From positions 480,001 through 544,000 of the forward strand of contig CP000066.1 of the NCBI GenBank assembly GCA_000002445.1: a stretch of 64,000 nt of DNA. Direction: 5' to 3'. Of the stretch, positions 42,152 to 52,930 are shown piece by piece (within the stretch, counting starts at the first letter, position 1; each line of letters starts with the position of its first letter). The DNA comes from Trypanosoma brucei (taxonomy: Eukaryota). Position numbers and translations under genes: made by a program. The notes below the pieces were generated by a model. It saw only the letters and a program-made list of their open reading frames with translations. It searched no databases and was not told the origin of the DNA.

Positions 42152-42584
42152 ATGGTGTAGCGGTAGAGCACCACTGACGCAATTTCACCAATGTCGCTTC
42201 TACCTGTAATTTGCGTCCGACATCACAGGGGTGAAAGTTTGATTAGAATAGACAAAGTACGAGAAGGATTTAAAAAAAACAAAACAAGAATGGTTGAAGT
42301 GTGAGTAATCTCGAAGAAGGCAAAAGGCACATGGAACTTTTTCAAAATGTTTTGGACTAGCAACCAAACCTACCGCACGCTGCGCAGATAGCCACGCACC
42401 CTTTCACCATCTCTGTGGAAAGCCAGTTAATCAACTGCCTGGGGGGCTTAGTTTAGGTGTGTAAAGTTGTGAAGAGTTTGACGGTACCTTAAACCATGGC
42501 GACCGCAAATCACAGATGCATCTCTCCCTCCAGTACTCAGAGCCTCTACTCACATAAAGTTGTACACGGTTATGCCCACCTGAA

Positions 42585-44249
42585 TTACCGACTAGGCAAA
42601 TCCGCGATGCAGTGAGATATGACATCCCTAACATCTTCTGGGAGTTCCAGTAGTCCGCTACTACTTTGCCCCAGCAATTTCTCAAGGTGGGCTTTGGTGA
42701 ATCCATCCATTGCATGGTCATGTAATACCTTTAAGCAGCCCTCTTTCAGTCCTCGTTCCTCGCACCAGTGATTACAATCGCAGAGTAGCCTCATTACGCA
42801 CCTCGCACAACCATAATCACGAAGGGATTCATATTGAAGGAGCGGCACAATAATCCTTTCAATCGCTCCCACATCTTTCCTCACGCGGGAAGCGACTGAT
42901 GAGTCAGACCCCGGCTGTTCCATTATTTTTTCAACGCGATAAAGACCAACGGCAAGACTGCTTGCCAGTAGCGGTGTCATGTAACGCGATTGCCCTGATG
43001 ATGAAGGCAAAGAGGCTTTCAACGCCGATAGAATGGCTGTAAGTAGTTCGCTGTGAACTTCAAGGAATGCACTACTAATGAAGAGATTAATTAGTGTAGG
43101 GAGGGCCAACTCGGGACCCTCTTTGGTCAACTGTTTTTCCAGCGTGCAAACGTGTAGCCGTCGCAGCATCTCCCATTGTAGCAGTGGAGGTTCCGCTACC
43201 GGTGCAACACTTTCGTCAACATGATCACCAGCGTTATTACTATAATCGCTACCATCATTTTCCACGACCGCTGAATTCTCTGGGGAGCGTTTCATGCGCA
43301 ACTCATCACTCTCAAAGAATGCGGCCACGGGCTCGTTTGGTTGTTCCAAATAGCAACGCCACAAATCAGCACAGAGAGCATCATTGAGGGAATCGCGAAC
43401 GTAGCTGGGTACAATGGGGCTGTGAACCCTAGTGAGCAGTCGGAGTAACTGGTTCAGGTCCGAGGTTTGCAGCGTTGACACACGAAGTATTAATTGATCC
43501 CATGCCTTTTCATCTGGTATTTGCCCATCCGGCCATCGATTAAGCGTATGCACAACACCTACAAACGTTGGCACTGCGGCCTCACGATCCGACCAGCTGG
43601 CAACCGACTGTGCGATGTCGTCAAGAATTCGTCCCACGGCACACTCCCCCCCGATCAACTCGGTCAGTAACCGAAAGGGACGCGACATTTCCCGCTCCCA
43701 TTCTTTTTCAGATGTTGTTTCACCAACGGCAGGGGTGTTGGAAGGGGAGATTGTTGATGGGAGCGTGGTAAACATTTGATCTAGTAGCGCACGGAACTCG
43801 CTTCTGCTCTGGTGTTGAAGTGTGCTTTGCATGGGAAATGTATCAGATAGCGCCAATACATCTTTCCACTCCGTCACCTGAGTGGCCAGAGACCACAGCG
43901 CCCCGTATTCAGCTGAGGAAAGGGAATGCATTGGGGTTTCCAGTACGGAGGCTAGAAACACGGTTTCAAATTTTTTCTTTTCATTATTAAGTTCCAGCGG
44001 AAAACGTTGAACAGCCTGCAGCGTCTGACGGAGCCCTCCAAATGACTGGGGTGCAAGTGGTCGACGGGCCTTTTGAGTAAGCAGCTCAAGCATAGCACGA
44101 TGGTCTACGTAATTTAGTAAGGCATATCGTTGAATGAGTTTGGAATTAAAGGGCGTGAAGTGCTCGTAGTGCCGTCCAAAATGCTTGAGAAGGGCAAGCT
44201 CTGTAAGCCCGTTCATTGGCCGCACCACGCGGAATGCGAGGGTATCCAT
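42585..44249 (-). CDS. Large alpha-helical hypothetical protein (554 aa from the first plausible ATG).
   Basis: The ORF-track start at 44402 is a TTG. An ATG at 44333 lies inside a polypyrimidine tract and is followed by Phe-rich junk. The ATG at 44247-44249 begins MDTLAFRVVRPMNGLTELALL. No recognised domain. Confidence 0.65.
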   Translation of the reverse strand: MDTLAFRVVRPMNGLTELALLKHFGRHYEHFTPFNSKLIQRYALLNYVDHRAMLELLTQKARRPLAPQSFGGLRQTLQAVQRFPLELNNEKKKFETVFLASVLETPMHSLSSAEYGALWSLATQVTEWKDVLALSDTFPMQSTLQHQSRSEFRALLDQMFTTLPSTISPSNTPAVGETTSEKEWEREMSRPFRLLTELIGGECAVGRILDDIAQSVASWSDREAAVPTFVGVVHTLNRWPDGQIPDEKAWDQLILRVSTLQTSDLNQLLRLLTRVHSPIVPSYVRDSLNDALCADLWRCYLEQPNEPVAAFFESDELRMKRSPENSAVVENDGSDYSNNAGDHVDESVAPVAEPPLLQWEMLRRLHVCTLEKQLTKEGPELALPTLINLFISSAFLEVHSELLTAILSALKASLPSSSGQSRYMTPLLASSLAVGLYRVEKIMEQPGSDSSVASRVRKDVGAIERIIVPLLQYESLRDYGCARCVMRLLCDCNHWCEERGLKEGCLKVLHDHAMDGFTKAHLEKLLGQSSSGLLELPEDVRDVISHCIADLPSR

Positions 44250-44299
44250 CAACGCCTGCGAGCAGCCCAAAAGGAATAAAAAAAATGGGGAGCGTAAAA

Positions 44300-44385
44300 A
44301 TGCAACTGATTCAACATCCAGAAAGAAAAACATAAGCAACCGCAAAGAGTAAAGAGTAAAGAGGGGGAACAAAGAAGGCCTCAGC
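44300..44385 (-). promoter_or_regulatory. Polypyrimidine tract (minus strand) immediately upstream of the MDTLAF start of the 554-aa hypothetical gene.
   Basis: Plus strand gaaagaaaaacataagcaaccgcaaagagtaaagagtaaagagggggaacaaagaagg. This supports 44249 rather than 44333 or 44402 as the start. Confidence 0.35.
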
Positions 44386-45008
44386 AAGAAATTTACACTC
44401 AAATGTGGTGTTATGGGCCCGATAAATCATATACGGTACCCTCCGCGAGGTCGCACATAACACCCGCGCCACTCGCATAGTGAAGTCAAATAGGGAGTAT
44501 GCATACAACTACAAGAACAAAAAAATGGCAAGGTATTCCGCATGAATGTGCAGTTGGGCTAAACGCGAAGTGTAAAACACCCGCAGCTAGCACGCATATA
44601 ACCGCAAGATATACCGAGCGAACAAGCATACACAACAGACACTGCGGGGCACCTAGTGGTAGAGAATCTTCCTTCACCACTATGTAATGTATCCCACTTA
44701 TCCGTTGTAGCATTATGCCTTTAATGCAGAGGTAAACAGACCTGTCACTTAACAGGCCTCTTGCATCAATGTAAACAAAATAACATACATGTGGACATAA
44801 GTACGTAGGTGCACAGATGTCGCACAAGCGGATCTAGTTACACGTCACGTAGGATAGTAGGAAAAAAAATGAAATACAAAATCTTAAAGGAAAAGGCTTG
44901 TCTAATGCAGCTACGTCTGAACGTTTCTGTGGCAAAGCAACCCACATCTAAGAACGAAAACAAGCACAATACACCAATACAGGAAATCAGGTGAAATTTT
45001 TCTAATAA

Positions 45009-47249
45009 CTATTTTTCACTGGGCGCTGAGGCCCGTCTTGAGTCCGACACATTGCTACTACTCCGGAGTCGTTTTACTGCTCCCCCACGGCTACTAACCA
45101 CGCTTTGATTCTTATCCTTCATTGAAAGCCGCCGTGTTTGGGTGTCTGGCAGTGTTGTAGATGTGTCATTACGCAGAGATGCAGAGGCAGAGGCAGAGGC
45201 TGCTGCACAAACGGCATTGGAAGACTGTGACGAGGTGGAAGGGCGGAGTGGGGGCATGTTACCAATCTGTAAAAAGGCTCCCAAAGAAGCGCCAGTAGCC
45301 GAAACCCTCAGTGCCTCATTTATTTGTTGCAGTGATCCAGCCACCTCATCGTTCATCTCAAGGTCGGTGAAAATGTCCTTACTGCTCTCAACCGCCGCAC
45401 GACAGGCATTTTGCAGAGCATGACGGAATGGCAACACATCAGCGGGTGTCGGTAACTTTGTAGTCATTGAAATACTATCTTCGTATAGACGTTGTTCGCA
45501 CTCGAGCTCATCATCTAAAATCATCTGTTCCCTCACATACGCTGACAGGGTCTCCTGTAGTTGTGATTTAAGTCGCTCCTGCACACCCTCTAAAGAAGCA
45601 CGACGGCGTTTCTGAAGTGAATGAACTGCGGCAACATGTTTCTGCGTCATTGCCACAATGTTTTGTCCGAGGGAAGCAAAGTTCTCGTTGATACGTACAA
45701 CGCAACGCGCCATGTCATCCTCGTACTGCCGTGTGGACACACCAAATGTGCTTCCCCTCTTCCTCCCCTCACTTCCCTCTTCTGCGTTGCCCTTCGATCC
45801 CTCGTCACGGCATTCATCGTCACCCTCCTCCACCTGTCCCATCAGCGTGTCGAGTCTCCATTGCTCAAGCCGCTGAAACACCGCCTCCGTACCACGTTTT
45901 GCGGTGTTGTGGGCGTCACGCACTGCATCCTGCACAACCAACTGGAGTGTGCCAACCTGGGAGTCAAACTTCAGAAGGGCCTCGTGGTACACCTGTTTAA
46001 AGCGGACCAACTCTTCCTCCTTCTCCTCTATCATCGCCTTCAGTACACTGGTTTGCGAATCAGTGATATGTTGGAGACCTTCATTTTCCCGCCGCTCCTT
46101 CAGCAACGTATCCACATTTGATTTTAGCTCAGTATATTCCTCCTCCAGTTGCTGGTACCGTTCGTGGTCCTCGCGAGAAATATAGTAACCGCCCCGCTCC
46201 GCTACGCGCTCCTGGAGGCGGTTGCGTAGCCGCTGGTTTTCAGCTTCGAAGGAACGGAGACGAATCATCAACTTCTCCCGTTCAGTGTTTGCCTGGTTTC
46301 GAATGGACCGGGCCTTCACTGCGTACATAAGAGTCGACTTGGTTTCTTCAATGTCCCGGCCGACGGAAGAAATGCATGCGATCATGAGAGTCCGCGCACT
46401 GCCACCGATGGAGTCCCGCAAGATCTCTGTTAACTTGGAGTCCCGGTACGGCACGTGATTTGGCCGTGTTGTGTCGTTAGAGTTTGAAAGCGCAAGAAAC
46501 ACATTTTTTAGCGCTAACAATGATTTGTTGATCTTTCCCGTTTCGCCCGCAGCCGCCCCACTAGCGTGAGATTTCTTTAAACTCTCACTACCCGCAAGAT
46601 CCACCATGAACAAGTGGGTTACATCCACACTGTTGGTGTACTCGTTAAACTCTTCGTAGTCGACTATTATAACGACGTGGGAGCGGCTGCTCCGCTCATT
46701 CATGAGAGTCGACGCAATGTGACGGCGGCTTAATCCCTTCTGAATTGCCGCAAATGCATCGGCGACCCGTGATAACGTCAACTTCTCGTTGGATACCGGA
46801 AACCCACCAACAAGCGTCACCTCTGTTTCTCCATCCTTACTGAGCATGTCAATCAGTTTCTCATTGTATATTTCTATCATGGAAAGTGTGAGTGCGCACT
46901 GCGCCCCTTCAACTGTCCTTTGCTGCACGTGCTCAAGCATGGAGCCGATCATACGGTGGGCAATACCACTCGATCCTCCAGCTCCACCTAACATAGTAAA
47001 CGTCTTCCCCGTCCCAGTCTGTCCGTACACCATTACAGTGCCATGTAATCCATCCTTCACGCTCTGTAGAATGGGCTCACATATGGCATAGACATCGTCC
47101 TGCGTAGCAGTGGGGGGAAATATATAGTCCGGGTCGTAACTTTTGTTGTCCAACATGACACGCCTTCCATTGACGAAGCTGAGGCCAGCCGCAGGGCGCT
47201 CACTCTCAAATAGTGGCCGACAGCGAACTGCCACCTTAATGTTGCTCAT
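45009..47249 (-). CDS. Kinesin with an N-terminal motor domain (746 aa from the first ATG) and coiled-coil stalk.
   Basis: MSNIKVAVRCRPL, GQTGTGKTF (P-loop), SSRSH (switch I), VDLAGSE (switch II), HVPYRDSKLT. The ORF-track start at 47303 is a TTG. The ATG was checked at 47247-47249. Confidence 0.9.
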   Translation of the reverse strand: MSNIKVAVRCRPLFESERPAAGLSFVNGRRVMLDNKSYDPDYIFPPTATQDDVYAICEPILQSVKDGLHGTVMVYGQTGTGKTFTMLGGAGGSSGIAHRMIGSMLEHVQQRTVEGAQCALTLSMIEIYNEKLIDMLSKDGETEVTLVGGFPVSNEKLTLSRVADAFAAIQKGLSRRHIASTLMNERSSRSHVVIIVDYEEFNEYTNSVDVTHLFMVDLAGSESLKKSHASGAAAGETGKINKSLLALKNVFLALSNSNDTTRPNHVPYRDSKLTEILRDSIGGSARTLMIACISSVGRDIEETKSTLMYAVKARSIRNQANTEREKLMIRLRSFEAENQRLRNRLQERVAERGGYYISREDHERYQQLEEEYTELKSNVDTLLKERRENEGLQHITDSQTSVLKAMIEEKEEELVRFKQVYHEALLKFDSQVGTLQLVVQDAVRDAHNTAKRGTEAVFQRLEQWRLDTLMGQVEEGDDECRDEGSKGNAEEGSEGRKRGSTFGVSTRQYEDDMARCVVRINENFASLGQNIVAMTQKHVAAVHSLQKRRRASLEGVQERLKSQLQETLSAYVREQMILDDELECEQRLYEDSISMTTKLPTPADVLPFRHALQNACRAAVESSKDIFTDLEMNDEVAGSLQQINEALRVSATGASLGAFLQIGNMPPLRPSTSSQSSNAVCAAASASASASLRNDTSTTLPDTQTRRLSMKDKNQSVVSSRGGAVKRLRSSSNVSDSRRASAPSEK

Positions 47250-47335
47250 CTCTTTGCTCTCTTGCCTGTTTGACACACCACCCGCTGCTGTGCCTTCTGA
47301 CAAGACACGTTAAACAGTGTTTACCAACATGTCGG

Positions 47336-47410
47336 AAGAAACGACAATAGGAAAGAAGAGAAAGAAACGCTCCCTAATGAAACTGTAGGAAAGGAGGGCA
47401 CACGCACAAG
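47336..47410 (-). promoter_or_regulatory. Polypyrimidine tract on the coding strand 30-110 nt upstream of the kinesin ATG. Candidate trans-splicing/polyadenylation signal region.
   Basis: Plus strand aaacgacaataggaaagaagagaaagaaacgctccctaatgaaactgtaggaaaggaggg is pyrimidine-rich on the minus strand. Position relative to the ATG at 47249 is typical for kinetoplastid splice-acceptor signals. Confidence 0.35.
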
Positions 47411-47846
47411 CACAAACATACTCAATAAAATCCTTCCCCCTCCACTTCCTTGTTTCCTGCGTGCCAATAGATAAAATCATCTCTTCGGAGAGGCTTTCTT
47501 GCCTCCTCTTTTTCAGGTTGTCACATACGCGAAACTCATTAACCTCAAATGTGCAGCTGGGGAGAATTCCCCTCCTCCATACGCAGCACAAAACGTATAG
47601 AAAGTAATAACGTAAAACAAAAAGGAAAAGGAAAAAGAGAAGGAACAGTGCAAGCAACTTCCACATTAATCCCATCCCGCGGGAAAACCAACATCAACCT
47701 CGTCACAACTACCGGTGCGCACACACATGCTCTTTACACGCTACAAAAAGCAAGAACAACCAACAACGCACTTCATGAATACATACACAATATAACACAG
47801 AAAAGTACGTGCGCACACGCAACTCATGTCGTGGTGAACCATAACT

Positions 47847-48179
47847 TCATCGCAGTATCTCGAATGTATCAAAACTATATTCGATTCCTTCGGCTTCTGT
47901 TGTTGAGTCAACGCCTTCCACGCGCGACTTTGGCGACCCCTCATTGCACCACTTCACGAGGTTCGCAACTTGTTGCTTCGGGCCCTCCGCCATCAGCTCC
48001 ACGCGCCCATCGGGAAGGTTACGGACCCAACCGCGCACGCCAAATTCCTCAGCCGCCTTTTGGGTGTGTTTCCGAAAAAAAACGCCCTGCACGCGGCCAC
48101 GCACAAAAACATGACAGCGAACGATCATCCCCTCATTGTTTTGTGCTGAAGAAGCAACCTGATCTACAGTTTGTGGCAT
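47847..48179 (-). CDS. Acylphosphatase (111 aa).
   Basis: CHVFVRGRVQGVFFRKHT and GWVRNLPDGRVE match the acylphosphatase signatures. The ORF-track start at 48251 is a TTG. The ATG was checked at 48177-48179. Confidence 0.85.
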   Translation of the reverse strand: MPQTVDQVASSAQNNEGMIVRCHVFVRGRVQGVFFRKHTQKAAEEFGVRGWVRNLPDGRVELMAEGPKQQVANLVKWCNEGSPKSRVEGVDSTTEAEGIEYSFDTFEILR

Positions 48180-49309
48180 GTGCGAAATAAGTGAGCTCAA
48201 AAATGAGGGTATTGAAAAACTGATGGGGATAAAAACAAAAAGCTTAACCAAACGCTCCCAATATGCGCAAAAGTATAAGACAAAAACACAAGAAAAGACA
48301 GGTAGAATGGAAAGGGAACTGAGGGGGAAAAGGAAGAAGTAGCTTGACGGATCACACGCAGTTACGGAAGCCGGTGCGGGGCGCCAAATGGCTGAGTCAG
48401 TTGGTCAAAAGTGAAGAAGGTAGTCTTGCTTCTAGTGGAATTTATGTCGTTTGTTTACTTCCAAAAAAAAAAAAGTTCTTTCTTTTTGTTTTCCCCTGGG
48501 GGGGGGAAGAAAGATAAGTAAGTAAAAAAGGTGTGCCCCACTTGGTGCAACGTCACAAATTCTATAACTCTCAATAAATAAATATATATATATATATATG
48601 CTACGTAATTTCGATTTCGATGGGAAAGCAGACGGACAACTGAGTTTTGCTTGTCTCGTGCCACCTCATCACAAACACTTACGCACATATGCTCTCCGCC
48701 ATGATGATACCGTTCAGTTGTCCACTCTCCCAGTTGCAGTGGGTGAAGAGAAGGAGAAAATCAAATTAAAGCGATACTCTACAAGGACAAAGCATACTCT
48801 CAGTTTAGTCCCGTACGACGAAAGTAAAGGCAAACACCGACAACAATAGCAATAAATAACAGATAAATATATAAACAAAGGTACTCGATGAAGATTATTA
48901 CAGCTGAAAATTAATCCAGTAGCCTCAATGCACATCTACACTCACTCGCCATTACTTTCATTGACCATCTATTTAAAAAAAAAAAACACTTCCATCCCAT
49001 TTCTGCACAAGTCTATCGAGAAGCCTTCACACCCCCACCTACCCAGTCTCCCATTTGGTAAAGACTTTTAGGAATGAAAAACAAAAACAAAAAGAGCATC
49101 GATTGCACAAAACTGGATTCCATCGTACGTCTCCACGGCGACTTACCTTCACTTCGCCTGCAACACCTTCGTCACTTGTGACAAGTCTTACACTCTTCTT
49201 CCACACAGTGCTTTGTGTCAATTTATAAAGTCCTTCAGATGCCTGCCGTCACTTCACCTCACTACACTTCACCCCTCCGCCTGCCCCTCCATAGCGAATT
49301 GCTTTCGCT

Positions 49310-52300
49310 TCATGACTGCATCGCCTTCACTGCAGCAGACACCAAACCCTGCAGTGCCTGAGCCTCCGTGCACAAACGCTTGCATTCCTCCCCACGCTGC
49401 TGGTGTATCCCCTCCTCAAGGGACTTACAAATTGAATCTACTTTAGGTTTGATACGCTGCTCCATTATTGTTTGCAATGCACGGCGGTCCTTTTTCTGCA
49501 TTTCCACAGACCTCTTGAGAAAGCTGATCTCTGCGTCCTTTCCACGGACGTCTTCGCCCTTTGCATCATTCAACCTGGTGAGCAACTCCGATATCTCATT
49601 ATCCCTCTCCTGCAGCGTGCGGCGCCACTCCTCTTCACGTTTCGAGTGAGCACTACGCAAGTCGAGCAACTGCGCCTCCAACGACTGAACTGCAGTGGCT
49701 GAAGCAAATCTCTCTTCTGGTGAAGAGGCAGGGTTCAACTCAACACCCTTGAAACCAGTGTCAGGATTTGAAGAGGCGCCGACGTGAGTTTCCCCTTTAC
49801 ATGCATCCGCAGCGCACTCCACTGCCCTCTCCACGCTACGCTTCGCCTCGCCTGCCACGTGATCCTGAAGCAACTTCAGCGCTACACAGACTTCGCTAAG
49901 CTCCTCCCGTTGCAGTGCAGACGTGCAGTATTCTAAGGCTTTCTGAGATTCAACACGCATGACGTCTATCTCGCCAGACAAATGCAAAAGTTTCTCCTCT
50001 TTCTCCGCTAATTGTCGCCGCAACATCTCTATTGAGCCCTCATAAGCTTTGCGTACCGTCTCTTGTTGTCCGTCGAAGTACCGCCGGGTGTACGAAATGG
50101 CCTCCAGCGCCTCTGGCAACTGCTGAGCCCTTGACGCATCCATTAACCTACCAAGGGTGCTGTAATCTTTTCTTAGTGCAAGCAACTGCAATTCCTTGTC
50201 CTTCACGGCGTGCGAAAGTTTCCCGAAGTAACTGCTCACCTGCTGGTGGGCAATTCTTTCAACAGCTTCCTGTACAACTTTCGCCAACTGGTCCTTCAGA
50301 CCACCGGTCACATACGTCTCTGCTGCTTCCCTCCGCGACTCCGTGTCCAGTTGTGGTGCCACAACCTCCTGAATTTTAGTGTGATTGAATGTCAGTAGCT
50401 CCAATATCTTCTCATCTGGTGGTAGCAACACCGAGGGATTGGTGTCCGATCGGTACCACATATCGGTACCACTTCCATCACGACGCGGCTTCGGCACACG
50501 AAGACGTCGCAGGCAGTTTTCCGCCTCCTCCCTTGAAAGAGCAGTGGAGGATTTGCCAACTCCTTCACCAGGGGAAACCAGCGGCGGCACCGAGTCATTC
50601 GCACTTTCCGTTAACCCTTCAGAGCTTTCACGAGTGCTTAACTCTTCCTTCAAATTCCGAATAATTTCATCTCTTTCACTGAGCTTCGACGTAAGGTCCA
50701 CAACAATATCCCTGTGTTTGACGAGCAACTCGTTATACCGGCTCAGCATCGCCTCCTCTTGAAGCACCTGCCATTGGTGGTGAATCTCCTCAAGACCAAG
50801 CATATATTCCTCTGGGTCGACGTGCTCTTCACAGCCGCCATTGCCAGCTTCATTCCCTCTGCTATCACGTAGAATCGCTTCTAGTTCCTCCAGTCGCCGT
50901 TGCAGCTGCATGCGAACAGCTTGCTCGTGTTGATGAGCACACAGAGACCTTTGCAGTGCTTCCACAACCTCCTCACGCTCCTCCTCCGCACGGCGGACAC
51001 TCTGCTGCAACTCTGACAGGAGCCCAACATCTAACCCCTGCTGTGACTGCAGTTGCATCGCATCTTGCTGCCCCGGTAGAGACCGCTGCCTCTCGTGCTG
51101 GGTGTCTTCATTAATAACGGCGGTATTTCGTATGTTTTTGGCGCGATTGGCAAACAAAAGTGTTGAGAGAGTTTCCGCATGGGACTCCAGAGCAGGTGAA
51201 ATACACACAATGAGAGTGGTCTTACAGTTACCGCCAAGGGAGTCCCGCAGCACACTCGTGAGCACAGAATTTCTGAAGGGAACATGGGAACTACGCGATG
51301 CACCACCGTCCTTGTTGTCTTTTCCACAACTCTTCCGTTGAGCTAGTGCCGAAATGACGTTGCCGAGTTCGTGTAAGGATTTGTTAATACACCTCGCCTC
51401 CTCCAGTCGTTGCCCGCTTACGCCTGATTGTCGTACCTTCTCGCTCCCGGCAAGGTCCACAATGTTCAACTTTCCCACGCGGTGAGAAGATACCGAACCA
51501 GTTACCGGGTCCTTTTTTACAGTTTCCACCGTAAGGATGAAAATGGCGTGTGAGCGAGAGGACAATTCGCTCATGCGGGTTGCTTCCGTGGCACGTCTTG
51601 AGGTACCGCGCTCCATAAGGTAATACACGTCCCGTGGACTACACACATTCCATTCCGAGAGGCCATCAACATGAACACCGCTCCGCGTTGTGTGCCGCAC
51701 CACCAACGACCGTGGTGCCTCCTCCCCCGGTGGCTTTAATAAATCAGATATAACCTCATTGTATATTTGCATATACGACGCTCGGATGGTGTAATCCACA
51801 TTGCCACACCGACTATCGTCCATAATACTGAAGATTTCCTCTACAGCACGGGCAATGATGCCATGCTGCTCCTCTCCAGCAAACCCCTCCATTGTGTATG
51901 TTTTTCCCGCACCCGTCTGCCCATACGCCAACAAGGTAGCGTTATAACCCTCCACGACGGATAGGACGGCACTACGGGCACTCCGCTCATACACATCCCG
52001 TTGCAGATCATATCTGTCGTGCACGTAATCAAACGTAAAGGTTTGTGTCGCGTAAACTTCTGCAAAGCAACCACTAGCTTTGTTGTCATCGCTATTGTCA
52101 CTCAGATCAACTGGTTCGCACAATGTAATGGACGATCGATCCTTGGAAACACGCACAACATCAGTGTACCGGCTGTTTTCCTTGAGCTCACGCGGTAGCG
52201 GAGGGCGTACACGTATCACAACCGTTATGTTTGATTCACTATCGCCATTTGGAGTGAATGGAGTTGCACTGACACGGGTAGATTTTGAAGTCTCAGACCC

Positions 52301-52528
52301 GAAGCCCCAGCTCACAGATTGGGATGCGAATTGGCCGTCAGCACCACTACGCTGTATGGTTTTGTCATTAGTACTACACCCAGAGCAGTGATGTGTCATC
52401 ATCGCCGGCACAAGTGGCGGAGATGTGTCGTTAAAAACTACTCGCGCACGACGCCGCCCCTCCTCCCGTTGAGGCATCCCCGGTATTGATTGTCCACTTG
52501 AACCTGTAAAACACGCGGAAGTGTTCAT
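49310..52528 (-). CDS. Kinesin with an internal motor domain (residues about 100-470) and a long coiled-coil tail (1072 aa).
   Basis: ITVVIRVRPPL, GQTGAGKTYTM, SSRSHAIF, VDLAGSEK, HVPFRNSVLT. The following 600 aa are heptad-rich. ATG checked at 52526-52528 (reverse complement). Confidence 0.9.
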   Translation of the reverse strand: MNTSACFTGSSGQSIPGMPQREEGRRRARVVFNDTSPPLVPAMMTHHCSGCSTNDKTIQRSGADGQFASQSVSWGFGSETSKSTRVSATPFTPNGDSESNITVVIRVRPPLPRELKENSRYTDVVRVSKDRSSITLCEPVDLSDNSDDNKASGCFAEVYATQTFTFDYVHDRYDLQRDVYERSARSAVLSVVEGYNATLLAYGQTGAGKTYTMEGFAGEEQHGIIARAVEEIFSIMDDSRCGNVDYTIRASYMQIYNEVISDLLKPPGEEAPRSLVVRHTTRSGVHVDGLSEWNVCSPRDVYYLMERGTSRRATEATRMSELSSRSHAIFILTVETVKKDPVTGSVSSHRVGKLNIVDLAGSEKVRQSGVSGQRLEEARCINKSLHELGNVISALAQRKSCGKDNKDGGASRSSHVPFRNSVLTSVLRDSLGGNCKTTLIVCISPALESHAETLSTLLFANRAKNIRNTAVINEDTQHERQRSLPGQQDAMQLQSQQGLDVGLLSELQQSVRRAEEEREEVVEALQRSLCAHQHEQAVRMQLQRRLEELEAILRDSRGNEAGNGGCEEHVDPEEYMLGLEEIHHQWQVLQEEAMLSRYNELLVKHRDIVVDLTSKLSERDEIIRNLKEELSTRESSEGLTESANDSVPPLVSPGEGVGKSSTALSREEAENCLRRLRVPKPRRDGSGTDMWYRSDTNPSVLLPPDEKILELLTFNHTKIQEVVAPQLDTESRREAAETYVTGGLKDQLAKVVQEAVERIAHQQVSSYFGKLSHAVKDKELQLLALRKDYSTLGRLMDASRAQQLPEALEAISYTRRYFDGQQETVRKAYEGSIEMLRRQLAEKEEKLLHLSGEIDVMRVESQKALEYCTSALQREELSEVCVALKLLQDHVAGEAKRSVERAVECAADACKGETHVGASSNPDTGFKGVELNPASSPEERFASATAVQSLEAQLLDLRSAHSKREEEWRRTLQERDNEISELLTRLNDAKGEDVRGKDAEISFLKRSVEMQKKDRRALQTIMEQRIKPKVDSICKSLEEGIHQQRGEECKRLCTEAQALQGLVSAAVKAMQS

Positions 52529-52689
52529 TTGTTACCTACAGTCCCACTCAGCTCCCCTACCCCTCCTACACCAACACCAATGTCGCTGATAGAACAATGA
52601 GGCTCCAACAAGTACGATTAACGCTTCAAAAATGCACACAAGATAGCGCGTTAGAAGCGGTGTCGATATTAGAAAAAAAGGAGTCAGGT

Positions 52690-52930
52690 AAAAGACGTAT
52701 TGTTTCCCACTAACGTAACCAACTGATGGGGGAATAAGTGCCCCTCGCCCAACTGGAAGTGGCAAAATGAAGAGGTAAGAAGAAAAAAACACAAAACGTT
52801 GGCACCAAAAGTGGGTAAATGAACAGCAGTAAATACACAAGTGAGCTGGCGGTAACCACACATTTCCGATTTGAGAAGTAATGGAGCAAAGAAGAAGAAA
52901 GTCAAAAGAAAAAAAAATCCCGTACGTTTT
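52690..52930 (-). promoter_or_regulatory. Polypyrimidine-rich region (minus strand) 160-400 nt upstream of the 1072-aa kinesin ATG. Candidate trans-splicing signal.
   Basis: Plus strand is purine-rich: aagaggtaagaagaaaaaaacacaaaacg...gagcaaagaagaagaaagtcaaaagaaaaaaaaatcc. Confidence 0.3.
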
